This document shows positions 38,908 to 51,531 of a stretch of DNA of 64,000 nt, piece after piece (the first letter of the stretch is position 1; each line of letters begins with the position of its first letter). The DNA is taken from the NCBI GenBank assembly GCA_002269645.1, contig NIVC01001291.1, positions 186,001-250,000 on the forward strand. Direction: 5' to 3'. This DNA comes from Macrostomum lignano (taxonomy: Eukaryota). Made by a program: the position numbers and the translations under genes. Below the pieces are notes generated by a model, which saw only the letters and a list, made by a program, of their open reading frames with translations, had not been told where the DNA came from and ran no database searches.

Positions 38908-39655
38908 TGTGATAGGCTCGGCGGTGTAAGCCGCTTAGCCCTTTGGGTTGTCTGCGCGCTGGTTGGCTGGGCCGCCCTTTTCTTTTTGGCCTTCCTCCCG
39001 GGCTGGCCTCCCCCAGCTGCGCCGTGATTGGCCGGTGGGTGGCTGGGCCGGGGGTGGGGCGGGGGTGGGGCGGGGGGGAGCCCCCGGCTCCGGGAGGGTC
39101 GTGGCATTTTAAGGCGCGGCCGGGGCGGGTGGCTGTCGGCCCGTGGTTGTGTTGGTTTGCCGCACTCTACAACGCAGGCCCAGAGCGCCGATTACAGCGT
39201 CTTTAGACCGTCCTTCCCCTAACACATACGCAATAAACGTTTACCATCGGGTCCGCCAGCCGCGAGCAGACCTCAGCTACGATTTATTGACCGCACGCGC
39301 AAGGGCGAGCTATCCGCGAAGTAAGTCACTGCCTTGTCTCTTCATTTCGGGAGCTGTAGCAGGGACAGTCCGTGTGACCTGACGCCGACTCAGAGGGGAC
39401 TAGGCCAGGTAGTCAGCTACGGGCCACCCTGTACTGTAAGCCCGCTGTACATAGACGCCAGTTTGTGCGCCCTGACGCCCTGCTAAAGGTGATCGACATC
39501 ACAGCGTCCCTACGCGTGTGCCGGCCACTTGGGTGCGTCCTGACGCCCCAGACCTAGGGTCCCGTGCGGACACTCGCGTCCCGACGCAGGCCAGCACGGG
39601 CCCGCGTACTCTGACCCTCGTAGGTGCACCATTCCTGAGAGTCGCGAGTACAACA
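38908..39655 (+). mobile_element. solo-LTR-like GC-rich element, copy 1
   Basis: Starts TGTGATAGG and ends GTACAACA. Contains CCAAT (gtgattggcc), GC boxes, TTTTAAGG and AATAAA (39232). No convincing 4-6-bp TSD. Confidence 0.35.
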
Positions 39656-40456
39656 TGAACCTTAGAGCGCAAAACAATATTGCAGTTTCATATTTATGCG
39701 TCATTCGTTTTGCAATATTTTCCTTTGCAAAAGTCCCATCCCATATCTCTTTCAAATGTGTTTTCTTAAAGTTTTTCTGGAAACCTTTTAAATCTTGGAT
39801 TAACTTCTCTGCTGCTTTGAAGTGGCCCTTATTGTACTACGTGTAATTCCTTTACAATCGGTAAATTATTGTACAAGCGTCGTAATCTACTATAAAAATT
39901 CTAAGCGCGATTCTGTGATAAGCATCCAAGAGTCGCTAGGAGCAAGTGCTAATTTCATCATTTAGTATTTCGGTACAACCTTTAATTGATTGCTATAAAC
40001 TGCCAATAAATATTGAACGTCCCAGCCTTTTATCTAACCTTCATTTGTAACCTTCCAAATTGGTCGGTACGTACGCTCGTAGCAATAGCTGCTGAACATT
40101 CGCCTTCCAGGGTTTATAATGAAGCTGGTTTCACTCACGGGTGAAAACTACTCGTAGTACTCAACAGAAACTTACGATTAAATAGTTGAATATACGAGCG
40201 TATGTTGGCTCAAAGTACGTTTTATTCGTGAATGCAAAATATTCAAGCAGTGTACTCGTAGATGTACGGACTGAGACGGGAGAAAACCAAGGTAAACGAC
40301 ACAGCATTCTGCGCAATGACTAAGCAGTATGGAGAAATATTAGGAAAGCTGAATCGCCTGCCTCTAATCAAGTTAATCCAGCTAAACATCGCGAATCAAG
40401 CTTCCAAACAAAGGATTTTGCCACGAAGGTATTCGCAGGTTTAGACGATTAGGACA

Positions 40457-42395
40457 TTATTGCCTTTTAAAAGCCGGTTGAACAACTTCAACGACCACCC
40501 GACGTCTGCAGATGCCATGAGATCTCACTTCTAGCCAGTGATTGCACCGGGGTACAAACTTAAAGTACCGAAACGTCTTCAGCGCTGCCAGAAGCCGCAG
40601 CAGGTCGAACGCCACGTCGAAATCGCTGATGCACCGCTGGAACGTCTCTGTGACAGACGCTATGAGAAAGTTCAACAGGTTGATGCTGACAAACATAAAG
40701 AATGCGAAATGAATAATGAGAACGATGGAACTGTCTAGGTTGAAGTTGATCATGTTCAGTATGACTCTCACGGATGAATACAAAGATAGAGAACCAGTGC
40801 TAAAGTCTTGCGTGTCAACCAGGATGAAGAAAATCAAGCTAAACAAAATTATCCAAAAGTAAAGCAGAGGCATGGAAGCCAGGAAACTTGTCATCATGCT
40901 GTGAAATATGAAAAACAGTTTCCCAATGCCTCTTGATACAATCTCCAAATACTGGGAATACTGCAAGAGAACGGATGCGATAAATAAAGCATTCGAGCCG
41001 AGAAACAGCTGCTCAGTGACCCAGTGACCGCTGGTTGATGGGGAGCAGTGTCCGGTACCACCCTGAGTAGTTCGCCCAAAAGTTGGTGAACAGAACAACT
41101 AGGAAGCAGGAGCTGCTGCCAATAGTTACTGCCAGGTAAACGTCGAACATGGTTCTACGGACGAATCGGTGCGTGGGTCGCCAGTTGTCGGCTGTGAGAA
41201 GCTTCATCCGCTGACTCCGCTCCAGGAGCCGCAGAACAATCTTCACGCAGGCTACGATGACTTTGAAGACCAGAACCGCAAAAATCACACAGGTGTTTAC
41301 AAATATTGCCTCGCCGATTCTTGAGCACTTAGTCTGCTTAACTGTCTGATCATTAAACACTTTCCAAAAGAGGGTTGAGTTCAACAACACGGTCTCATTG
41401 AAGCCTAGCTTCTCTGCGGCTGTGAAGGTGGCTTGATTACAGTGAATCAGCAAACCAAAACTTGATACAAGTAGCATTACATATTGGCTAAACACCGTCA
41501 ACAAAAATGCTGCTGGCGGTATGCCCATCACCAACAGCCTCAGAAATGTGATCGCTCGAGTCTGACGGTACGTCAACCGAAGCCACTGTCGGATGAGAGG
41601 GTCCTCCATCAGCTTGGACTTCTTGAGTGACTCGACCTGACTCGACGCTACATAGGTGAGCAGGTGCAGAGGACTCGAGTTGCACCGGCTCCCGTGACAC
41701 AGGTCGTAGTCGGAGAGGTCGTAGAGACGGACGGCCCAGCCGCCGGATCGAGTCTCCGATTTCAACAGATAGTTCGGCAGGTGCAACATCTTGCGGGCCA
41801 GTCGGAATGCAGCGAACTTCACGCACGCCTCCAGAGGTCGGAGACCGCTCGAGTCCTCCTGAGTGACCAGCCTGTCTAGCAGACGAGGCTCTCTACTCAG
41901 CGTCGAGAGGAGCGCCGTCTCCAGACGCTTGGCTCGCTTGAACCTCGGCGCGTACATCTGGCAGCGAGCCAGACTGTGTAAAACGGTGCTGCCGTCGAGC
42001 TCGAGCTGAGCCGCGTGCTCGGAGCTGTCTTCCAACAGAGCCTCGAACACTCGCACGGACTGCAGCAGAATCGCCAGGTGGATCGCGTATCCGAACTGCA
42101 GACTGACGAAGCCCCACTTTCGGCGACTTCTCGGCAAGCGACACCGGATCTCGTGGCTTTCGGTCACGTCGACCAGAGGCTGGGCGAGCCTTCCCGACAG
42201 GTCCGGCTTCAAAGCTCGCATGAAGGCGTCAGGGTCGTCATCGACCAGAGCAGCCAGCGCCGCTTCTGCCGATTCCATGCTTTGTTTCCGTTCCCGAATC
42301 ATGTTTGCACTTTTTGGTGCCTTCTGCTGCGTTTCGATTTGCTTTAAAATTTCTCGCATACCGAAGTCAGCCAGAAGTGTTTTATCTGCGTCCAC
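40457..42395 (-). pseudogene. TRPV5/6-like channel, copy 2 (type B), frameshifted near 41025
   Basis: Split into ORFs 41013-42395 and 40457-41098. Reads ccagtgacc versus ccagccagacc in the intact copies 4 and 6 (net 2-nt loss). Probable true start ATG 42359 after the acceptor at 42412. Confidence 0.8.
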
Positions 42396-44166
42396 TATAT
42401 TTGCCTTTCCACTTTGAAACAGTGTAAGAGAATAAGAGTCATGGTCTATGAGAACCGCTCCCTGGCCTTCAGCCCGTCTGTCAGTAGCCCAGCTGACTTC
42501 CCAAACGGCTCTGAATGCAGTGCTCCCCTGAATTCCTGGGCAACCCCTGGGCGTTGTCTTCCTATTTAGACTTGAGTTTAGCAGCTGTCCTCTCAGGCGC
42601 TCCAGTTGAACGGGTCCGATATTCAGTTTTAAACTCGTATTAGTCTCGAGCTATTGAATGAGTTCGTTTTCAAATTTAAAGTAGAATTTACCACTAACAC
42701 ACATCGGCTTCGTCGAAAGTTACTAGGATCTGGAGACAGAAATACAATATGCTTTATCACTCAATCGAAAGTGTTGTATTGATGGTTGTCTCGGGGTGGT
42801 TTGGTAGGTCTTCAGAATCCCATCGCTGCCACCAATGTTGTACCTGTGCTACCTACTCGGACAGCGCCAGCACAGTTAAATTGACTTTTCGTCCTTTTGA
42901 TCGGGAGTCTTCAATCGTAGCGTAGCTAGTGCTGCCACCAGTTCCTTCAGGTCTCGGCTTTCGATGAGGTGGGCTTCCCGTCGGAACAAAATAAACAAGT
43001 AAACGAACTCAGCACCGCGTGCAGATTTGAAGATTAACGAACAAGGCGTCTGGTCAGCAGATCCAGCTGGGCCCAGTGGGTGGTTGGGAAGGCGATGTAG
43101 GCCTCCTTTAGACTTGGGCGTCTATGTTTAGTCAGGCGTATTACAGACGGAAACATGGTAGCAGAAGAACTGAAACTGAAAGTGAAATCCTTGACGGAAA
43201 CAAGGGTGAGGGGGCCCCGTACATATATGCTGGGAATCCCCATTGCACCATTGTGCGCCAGATAGCGTGACTCAGTATCTATTTTTAGAACTGACGTCAC
43301 CTCCCGCCTTTGAGAAGGCCGGGGTCGTGATCCCCGTAAACACAGGCCAGCGAGTGTAGTAAACATGTTTACTCCAGGACTCCAGGACTTTTGGACTCCA
43401 GGAAAACACGGCTTTTCATGTGACTTGCTCAAATGACAGAGGAAAACAGGACCACCAATAGTGACCTCAAGACTGGAGTAAAAGGAAGAGCAGACCACAG
43501 CACAGATGTCCATGGCTGCAAACACGGCTTGGAGATTGGAGCTCGTAGACAAGTTTTCGTCGGTTTTTAAAACAGTCAAGAAATTTGTTGCTAGACTTGA
43601 GCTATTGCCAGTTCCCTTGATTGAATCTTGATTATCGAGATTTAAACTTAAATTTGCATGCTAAAAAGCTCAAATACGGAGATGCCTTTCTGGAACCGGA
43701 TCGTTACTCAATTCAACGGCTAAAAAATTCAACCATAGTTTTTAATATCATATACGTGCAAATTTTTGCTGGAGAGCCGTTGCTTTTCAGACTGGCTCCC
43801 AAAAAAGTTCCACTGCAATAGAGACTCAGGCTATGCAGAAATGAGTTACATAGCACTATTGGGCTACTTTCTTCGTCAAATCAATTCATTTGATAATGTT
43901 GTTTGCTCTGCGCCCTCGAGACCATACCAAGGACAACTAAGGACCATACTTGCCTGACTGTATCGCCAGAACTGACTCTAGTTCAGTGGCCTTTGTTTGT
44001 TCAGGCTGGTCAAATGTTTTGGAGAAAAATGTACACTTGTGACCAGCGATTCCCTGTATATTGATTTGCTGGCAGCTATACTTTGCAAAGCTCATAAAAG
44101 CAGCGCACCAGAAAACTAACAGAGATCGGACTGATTCTGCGGCAAACTGTTCAGCTGCACAAAGTA

Positions 44167-46184
44167 ATGGGCGAAGGGATCCCGGCTACTAACGACTTTA
44201 TCAGAGTTCGCTCCAGCAACAGAATTTCACTTCTTGCAGGTAATCGGGTGCTGCCGAGTCAGAACGATACAAACTTGAAAGAGTTGTTCAACATGGAATC
44301 AGCAGAGGCGGCGCTGGCTGCTCTGGTCGATGACGACCCTGACGCCTTCATGCGAGCTTTGAAGCCGGACCTGTCGGGAAGGCTCGCCCAGCCTCTGGTC
44401 GACGTGACCGAAAGCCACGAGATCCGGTGTCGCTTGCCGAGAAGTCGCCGAAAGTGGGGCTTCGTCAGTCTGCAGTTCGGATACGCGATCCACCTGGCGA
44501 TTCTGCTGCAGTCTGTGCGAGTGTTCGAGGCTCTGTTGGAAGACAGCTCCGAGCACGCGGCTCAGCTCGAGCTCGACGGCAGCACCGTTGTACACAGTCT
44601 GGCTCGCTGCCAGATGTACGCGCCGAGGTTCAAGCGAGCCAAGCGTCTGGAGACGGCGCTCCTCTCGACGCTGAGTAGAGAGCCTCGTCTGCTAGACAGG
44701 CTGGTCACTCAGGAGGACTCGAGCGGTCTCCGACCTCTGGAGGCGTGCGTGAAGTTCGCTGCATTCCGACTGGCCCGCAAGATGTTGCACCTGCCGAACT
44801 ATCTGTTGAAATCGGAGACTCGATCCGGCGGCTGGGCCGTCCGTCTCTACGACCTCACCGACTACGACCTGTGTCACGGGAGCCGGTGCAACTCGAGTCC
44901 TCTGCACCTGCTCACCTATGTAGCGTCGAGTCAGGTCGAGTCGCTCAAGAAGTCCAAGCTGATGGAGGACCCTCTCATCCGACAGTGGCTTCGGTTGACG
45001 TACCGTCAGACTCGAGCGATCACATTTCTGAGGCTGTTGGTAATGAGCGTTCCAACATCGGTATTTCTTCTCACAGCCGTGAACGAATCAATCATGCTGA
45101 CGGTGGCCTGTTTTGGCAACCTCATTCACTGCAACCGAGCAACATTTTCTGCTGCAAAATCATTAGGATTCAATGCCAGCGTTTTGAGCAATTTAACCAT
45201 TTATTTTAAGTTTTTTTATCAGCAAAAAATAAAGTCAAAAAGCTGTGCAGAATTTCTTGAATCCGTCGACATAAACTTTCTGGTGATTAGTCTCGTGACT
45301 GCCTTCATGTGCGTCACTGCGGCTCTGAAGACTGGATTCTCTGCGCTTGAACACAAAAATAAGAAAAAATATTGACTGCGGACAACTGGTCGCTGCTTGA
45401 CAGATTTGTTCGACGGGCCATCTTTGATTTTTATCACTTTGTTGCAATCGCGAGTGGCATCTGCTTTCTAGTTGTCGCGACGTTCCTGAGGTCCGATAAT
45501 TTCTATGAAAATTTGTATCCAAGCGACCAAAGCAACGGTAGAGCTGTGGAGCAACTGTTCATTGGGTCCAACACTCTCTTCATCGCGTTCACACTGCTGC
45601 ACTTTGCGCAGTACATGGAGATCGTGACGAAGTCGGTCGGGAAGCTCTTCTTCACCTTCCACTGCATGCTGTCCAGCTTCCTGGCCGCGCTGCCGCTGCT
45701 GTTCTACTGGATCATTCTCTTCAGCCTGGACTTCTTCATCTTGGTCGACTCGCCCGACTTCGAGACCGGCCTGTTGTCGCTCTACTCGTCGGTCAAGGTC
45801 ATCCTCAACATGATCACCTTCAGCTTGGACAGCGTAATGGTTCTCATCATCCACGTGCTGTTCTTCGTGTTTGTGGGCCTCAACCTGCTGAACTTTCTCA
45901 TCGCGTTCGTCACGGAGACGTTCCAGCGGTGCATCAGCGACTTCGATGTGGCCTTCGACCTGCTGCGACTTCTGACAGCGTTGAAGACGTTTCGGTACTT
46001 CGGGTTCGTGTTTCGGTGCAAGCACTGGCTCGAGGTGAGGTCTCACGGCAGCTGTAGACGTCGGGTTATCGTTGATGTTGTTCAACCGGTGTTCAAGAGG
46101 CTGTACTCGAAAAGTGAATTCAGGCGGAAGCAGCGAAATTTTAGATCCTGTAGTCGAGAGATGGAATCTTTGCCGGATATTTAA
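44167..46184 (+). pseudogene. TRPV5/6-like channel, copy 3 (type A), -1 frameshift in an A-run near 45365
   Basis: ORFs 44167-45375 and 45372-46184. aag(A6)t versus aag(A7)t in intact copy 1. Probable true start ATG 44293, since GT-AG intron 44164-44239 contains the ORF-caller ATG. Confidence 0.8.
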
Positions 46185-46276
46185 TGCATTCTTTTAGAGA
46201 TTTTCGACGACTTTCTAAATTTTGTGCCCGTGCGCTTGCCCTGCCAAAGTGCACTCTGCTCCGTATTTGTTTTTGA

Positions 46277-47018
46277 TGTGATAGGCTCAGCGGTGTAAGC
46301 CGCTTAGCCCTTGGGTTGTCTGCGCGCTGGTTGGCTGGGCCGCCCTGTTTGGCCCTCCTCCCGGGCTGCCCTCCCCCAGCTGCGCCGTGATTGGCCGGTG
46401 GGTGGCTGGGCCGGGGGTGGGGCGGGGGTTGGGGCGGGGGGGAGCCCCCGGCCCCGGGGGGTCGTGGCCTTTTAAGGCGCGGCCGGGGCGGGTGGCTGTC
46501 GGCCCGTGGTTGTGTTGGTTTGCCGCACTCTACAACGCAGGCCCAGAGCGCCGATTACAGCGTCTTTAGACCGTCCTTCCCCTAACACATACGCAATAAA
46601 CGTTGACCATCGGGTCCGCCAGCCGCGAGCAGACCTCAGCTACGATTTATTGACCGCACGCGCAAGGGCGAGCTATCCGCGAAGTAAGTCACTGCCTTGT
46701 CTCTTCATTTCGGGAGCTGTAGCAGGGACATTCCGTGTGTCCTGACGCCGACTCAGGGTGGACTAGGTCAGGTAGTCAGCTAGGGGCCACCCTGTACTGT
46801 AAGCCCGCTGTACATAGACGCCAGCTTGTGTGCCCTGACGCCCTGCTAAAGGTGATCGACATCACAGCGTCCCTAAGCGTGTGCCGGCCACTTGGGTGCG
46901 CCCTGACGCCCCAGACCTAGGGTCCCGTGCGGACACTCGCGCCCCGACGCAGGCCAGCACGGGCCCGCGTACTCTGACCCTCGTAGGTGCACCCTTCCTG
47001 AGAGTCGCGAGTACAACA
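46277..47018 (+). mobile_element. solo-LTR-like GC-rich element, copy 2
   Basis: Homologue of 38908-39655 within the duplicated unit. Flanked by TGA on both sides. Confidence 0.35.
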
Positions 47019-47819
47019 TGAACCTTAGAGCGCAAAACAACATTGCAGTTTCATATTTATGCGTCATTCGTTTTACACTATTTTCCTTTGCAAAAGTCCC
47101 ATCCCATATCTCTTTCAAATGTGCTTTCTTAAAGTTTTTCTGGAAACCTTTTAAATCTTGGATTAACTTCTCTGCTGCTTTGAAGTGGCCCTTATTGTAC
47201 TACGTGTAATTCCTTTACAATCGGTAAATTATTGTACAAGCGTCGTAATCTACTATAAAAATTCTAAGCGCGATTCTGTGATAAGCATCCAAGAGTCGCT
47301 AGGAGCAAGTGCTAATTTCGTCATTTAGTATTTCGGTACAACCTTTAATTGATTGCTATAAACTGCCAATAAATATTGAACGTCTCAGCCTTTTATCTAA
47401 CCTTCATTTGTAACCTTCCAAATTGGTCGGTACGTACGCTCGTAGCAATAGCTGCTGAACACTCGCCTTCCAGGGTTTATAATGAAGCTGATTTCACTCG
47501 CGGGTGAAAACTACTCGTAGTACTCAACAGAAACTTACGATTAAATAGTTGAATATACGAGCGTATGTTGGCTCAAAGTACGTTTTATTCGTGAATGCAA
47601 AATATTCAAGCAGTGTACTCGTAGATGTACGGACTGAGACGGGAGAAAACCGAGGTAAACGACACAACATTCTGCGCAATGACTAAGCAGTATGGAGAAA
47701 TATTAGGAAAGCTGAATCGCCTGCCTCTAATCAAGTTAATTCAGCTAAACATCGCGAATCAAGCTTCTAAACAAAGGATTTTGCCATGAAGGTGTTCGCT
47801 GGTTTAGACGATTAGGACA

Positions 47820-49760
47820 TTATTGCCTTTTAAAAGCCGGTTGAACAACTTCAACGACCACCCGACGTCTGCAGATGCCATGAGATCTCACTTCTAGCCA
47901 GTGATTGCACCGGGGTACAAACTTAAAGTACCGAAACGTCTTCAGCGCTGCCAGAAGCCGCAGCAGGTCGAACGCCACGTCGAAATCGCTGATGCACCGC
48001 TGGAACGTCTCCGTGACAGACGCTATGAGAAAGTTCAACAGGTTGATGCTGACAAACATAAAGAATGCGAAATGAATAATGAGAACGATGGAACTGTCTA
48101 GGTTGAAGTTGATCATGTTCAGTATGACTCTCACGGATGAATACAAAGATAGAGAACCAGTGCTAAAGTCTTGCGTGTCAACCAGGATGAAGAAAATCAA
48201 GCTAAACAAAATTATCCAAAAGTAAAGCAGAGGCATGGAAGCCAGGAAACTTGTCATCATGCTGTGAAATATGAAAAACAGTTTCCCAATGCCTCTTGAT
48301 ACAATCTCCAAATACTGGGAATACTGCAAGAGAACGGATGCGATAAATAAAGCATTCGAGCCGAGAAACAGCTGCTCGGTGACCCAGCCAGACCGCTGGT
48401 TGATGGGGAGCAGTGTCCGGTACCACCCTGAGTAGTTCGCCCAAAAGTTGGTGAACAGAACAACTAGGAAGCAGGAGCTGCTGCCAATAGTTACTGCCAG
48501 GTAAACGTCGAACATTGTTATACGGACGAATCGGTGCGTGGGTCGCCAGTTGTCGGCTGTGAGAAGCTTCATCCGCTGACTCCGCTCCAGGAGCCACAGA
48601 ACAATCTTCACGCAGGCTACGATGACTTTGAAGACCAGAACCGCAAAAATCACACAGGTGTTTACAAATATTGCCTCGCCGATTCTTGAGCACTTAGTCT
48701 GCTTAACTGTCTGATCATTAAACACTTTCCAAAAGAGGGTTGAGTTCAACAACACGGTCTCATTGAAGCCTAGCTTCTCTGCGGCTGTGAAGGTGGCTTG
48801 ATTACAGTGAATCAGCAAACCAAAACTTGATACAAGTAGCATTACATATTGGCTAAACACCGTCAACAAAAATGCTGCTGGCGGTATGCCCATCACCAAC
48901 AGCCTCAGAAATGTGATCGCTCGAGTCTGACGGTACGTCAACCGAAGCCACTGTCGGATGAGAGGGTCCTCCATCAGCTTGGACTTCTTGAGTGACTCGA
49001 CCTGACTCGACGCTACATAGGTGAGCAGGTGCAGAGGACTCGAGTTGCACCGGCTCCCGTGACACAGGTCGTAGTCGGAGAGGTCGTAGAGACGGACGGC
49101 CCAGCCGCCGGATCGAGTCTCCGATTTCAACAGATAGTTCGGCAGGTGCAACATCTTGCGGGCCAGTCGGAATGCAGCGAACTTCACGCACGCCTCCAGA
49201 GGTCGGAGACCGCTCGAGTCCTCCTGAGTGACCAGCCTGTCTAGCAGACGAGGCTCTCTACTCAGCGTCGAGAGGAGCGCCGTCTCCAGACGCTTGGCTC
49301 GCTTGAACCTCGGCGCGTACATCTGGCAGCGAGCCAGACTGTGTAAAACGGTGCTGCCGTCGAGCTCGAGCTGAGCCGCGTGCTCGGAGCTGTCTTCCAA
49401 CAGAGCCTCGAACACTCGCACGGACTGCAGCAGAATCGCCAGGTGGATCGCGTATCCGAACTGCAGACTGACGAAGCCCCACTTTCGGCGACTTCTCGGC
49501 AAGCGACACCGGATCTCGTGGCTTTCGGTCACGTCGACCAGAGGCTGGGCGAGCCTTCCCGACAGGTCCGGCTTCAAAGCTCGCATGAAGGCGTCAGGGT
49601 CGTCATCGACCAGAGCAGCCAGCGCCGCTTCTGCCGATTCCATGCTTTGTTTCCGTTCCCGAATCATGTTTGCACTTTTTGGTGCCTTCTGCTGCGTTTC
49701 GATTTGCTTTAAAATTTCTCGCATACCGAAGTCAGCCAGAAGTGTTTTATCTGCGTCCAC
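47820..49760 (-). CDS. TRPV5/6-like channel, copy 4 (type B), intact
   Basis: Uninterrupted frame with the same domain order and pore motif VILNMINF. Probable start ATG 49724 (MREILKQ). Confidence 0.85.
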   Translation of the reverse strand: MDADKTLLADFGMREILKQIETQQKAPKSANMIRERKQSMESAEAALAALVDDDPDAFMRALKPDLSGRLAQPLVDVTESHEIRCRLPRSRRKWGFVSLQFGYAIHLAILLQSVRVFEALLEDSSEHAAQLELDGSTVLHSLARCQMYAPRFKRAKRLETALLSTLSREPRLLDRLVTQEDSSGLRPLEACVKFAAFRLARKMLHLPNYLLKSETRSGGWAVRLYDLSDYDLCHGSRCNSSPLHLLTYVASSQVESLKKSKLMEDPLIRQWLRLTYRQTRAITFLRLLVMGIPPAAFLLTVFSQYVMLLVSSFGLLIHCNQATFTAAEKLGFNETVLLNSTLFWKVFNDQTVKQTKCSRIGEAIFVNTCVIFAVLVFKVIVACVKIVLWLLERSQRMKLLTADNWRPTHRFVRITMFDVYLAVTIGSSSCFLVVLFTNFWANYSGWYRTLLPINQRSGWVTEQLFLGSNALFIASVLLQYSQYLEIVSRGIGKLFFIFHSMMTSFLASMPLLYFWIILFSLIFFILVDTQDFSTGSLSLYSSVRVILNMINFNLDSSIVLIIHFAFFMFVSINLLNFLIASVTETFQRCISDFDVAFDLLRLLAALKTFRYFKFVPRCNHWLEVRSHGICRRRVVVEVVQPAFKRQ

Positions 49761-51531
49761 TATATTTGCCTTTCCACTTTGAAACAGTGTAAGAGAATAA
49801 GAGTCATGGTCTATGAGAACCGCTCCCTGGCCTTCAGCCCGTCTGTCAGTAGCCCAGCTGACTTCCCAAACGGCTCTGAATGCAGTGCTCCCCTGAATTC
49901 CTGGGCAACCCCTGGGCGTTGTCTTCCTATTTAGACTTGAGTTTAGCAGCTGTCCTCTCAGGCGCTCCAGTTGAACGGGTCCGATATTCAGTTTTAAACT
50001 CGTATTAGTCTCGAGCTATTGAATGAGTTCGTTTTCAAATTTAAAGTAGAATTTACCACTAACACACATCGGCTTCGTCGAAAGTTACTAGGATCTGGAG
50101 ACAGAAATACAATATGCTTTATCACTCAATCGAAAGTGTTGTATTGATGGTTGTCTCGGGGTGGTTTGGTAGGTCTTCAGAATCCCATCGCTGCCACCAA
50201 TGTTGTACCTGTGCTACCTACTCGGACAGCGCCAGCACAGTTAAATTGACTTTTCGTCCTTTTGATCGGGAGTCTTCAATCGTAGCGTAGCTAGTGCTGC
50301 CACCAGTTCCTTCAGGTCTCGGCTTTCGATGAGGTGGGCTTCCCGTCGGAACAAAATAAACAAGTAAACGAACTCAGCACCGCGTGCAGATTTGAAGATT
50401 AACGAACAAGGCGTCTGGTCAGCAGATCCAGCTGGGCCCAGTGGGTGGTTGGGAAGGCGATGTAGGCCTCCTTTAGACTTGGGCGTCTATGTTTAGTCAG
50501 GCGTATTACAGACGGAAACATGGTAGCAGAAGAACTGAAACTGAAAGTGAAATCCTTGACGGAAACAAGGGTGAGGGGGCCCCGTACATATATGCTGGGA
50601 ATCCCCATTGCACCATTGTGCGCCAGATAGCGTGACTCAGTATCTATTTTTAGAACTGACGTCACCTCCCGCCTTTGAGAAGGCCGGGGTCGTGATCCCC
50701 GTAAACACAGGCCAGCGAGTGTAGTAAACATGTTTACTCCAGGACTCCAGGACTTTTGGACTCCAGGAAAACACGGCTTTTCATGTGACTTGCTCAAATG
50801 ACAGAGGAAAACAGGACCACCAATAGTGACCTCAAGACTGGAGTAAAAGGAAGAGCAGACCACAGCACAGATGTCCATGGCTGCAAACACGGCTTGGAGA
50901 TTGGAGCTCGTAGACAAGTTTTCGTCGGTTTTTAAAACAGTCAAGAAATTTGTTGCTAGACTTGAGCTATTGCCAGTTCCCTTGATTGAATCTTGATTAT
51001 CGAGATTTAAACTTAAATTTGCATGCTAAAAAGCTCAAATACGGAGATGCCTTTCTGGAACCGGATCGTTACTCAATTCAACGGCTAAAAAATTCAACCA
51101 TAGTTTTTAATATCATATACGTGCAAATTTTTGCTGGAGAGCCGTTGCTTTTCAGACTGGCTCCCAAAAAAGTTCCACTGCAATAGAGACTCAGGCTATG
51201 CAGAAATGAGTTACATAGCACTATTGGGCTACTTTCTTCGTCAAATCAATTCATTTGATAATGTTGTTTGCTCTGCGCCCTCGAGACCATACCAAGGACA
51301 ACTAAGGACCATACTTGCCTGACTGTATCGCCAGAACTGACTCTAGTTCAGTGGCCTTTGTTTGTTCAGGCTGGTCAAATGTTTTGGAGAAAAATGTACA
51401 CTTGTGACCAGCGATTCCCTGTATATTGATTTGCTGGCAGCTATACTTTGCAAAGCTCATAAAAGCAGCGCACCAGAAAACTAACAGAGATCGGACTGAT
51501 TCTGCGGCAAACTGTTCAGCTGCACAAAGTA

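Noticed and set aside
43034-43579. 181-aa ORF conserved in three spacers (also 50399 and 57501)
   Set aside because: Starts at TTG, has no recognisable domain, and its conservation only reflects recent unit duplication.
44167-44292. N-terminal extension MGEGIPATNDF... of type A/C channels (and MIKHIV... of copy 6)
   Set aside because: The ATG lies inside a plausible GT-AG intron (44164-44239) or upstream of the acceptor, and inter-copy homology begins at MESAEAA.
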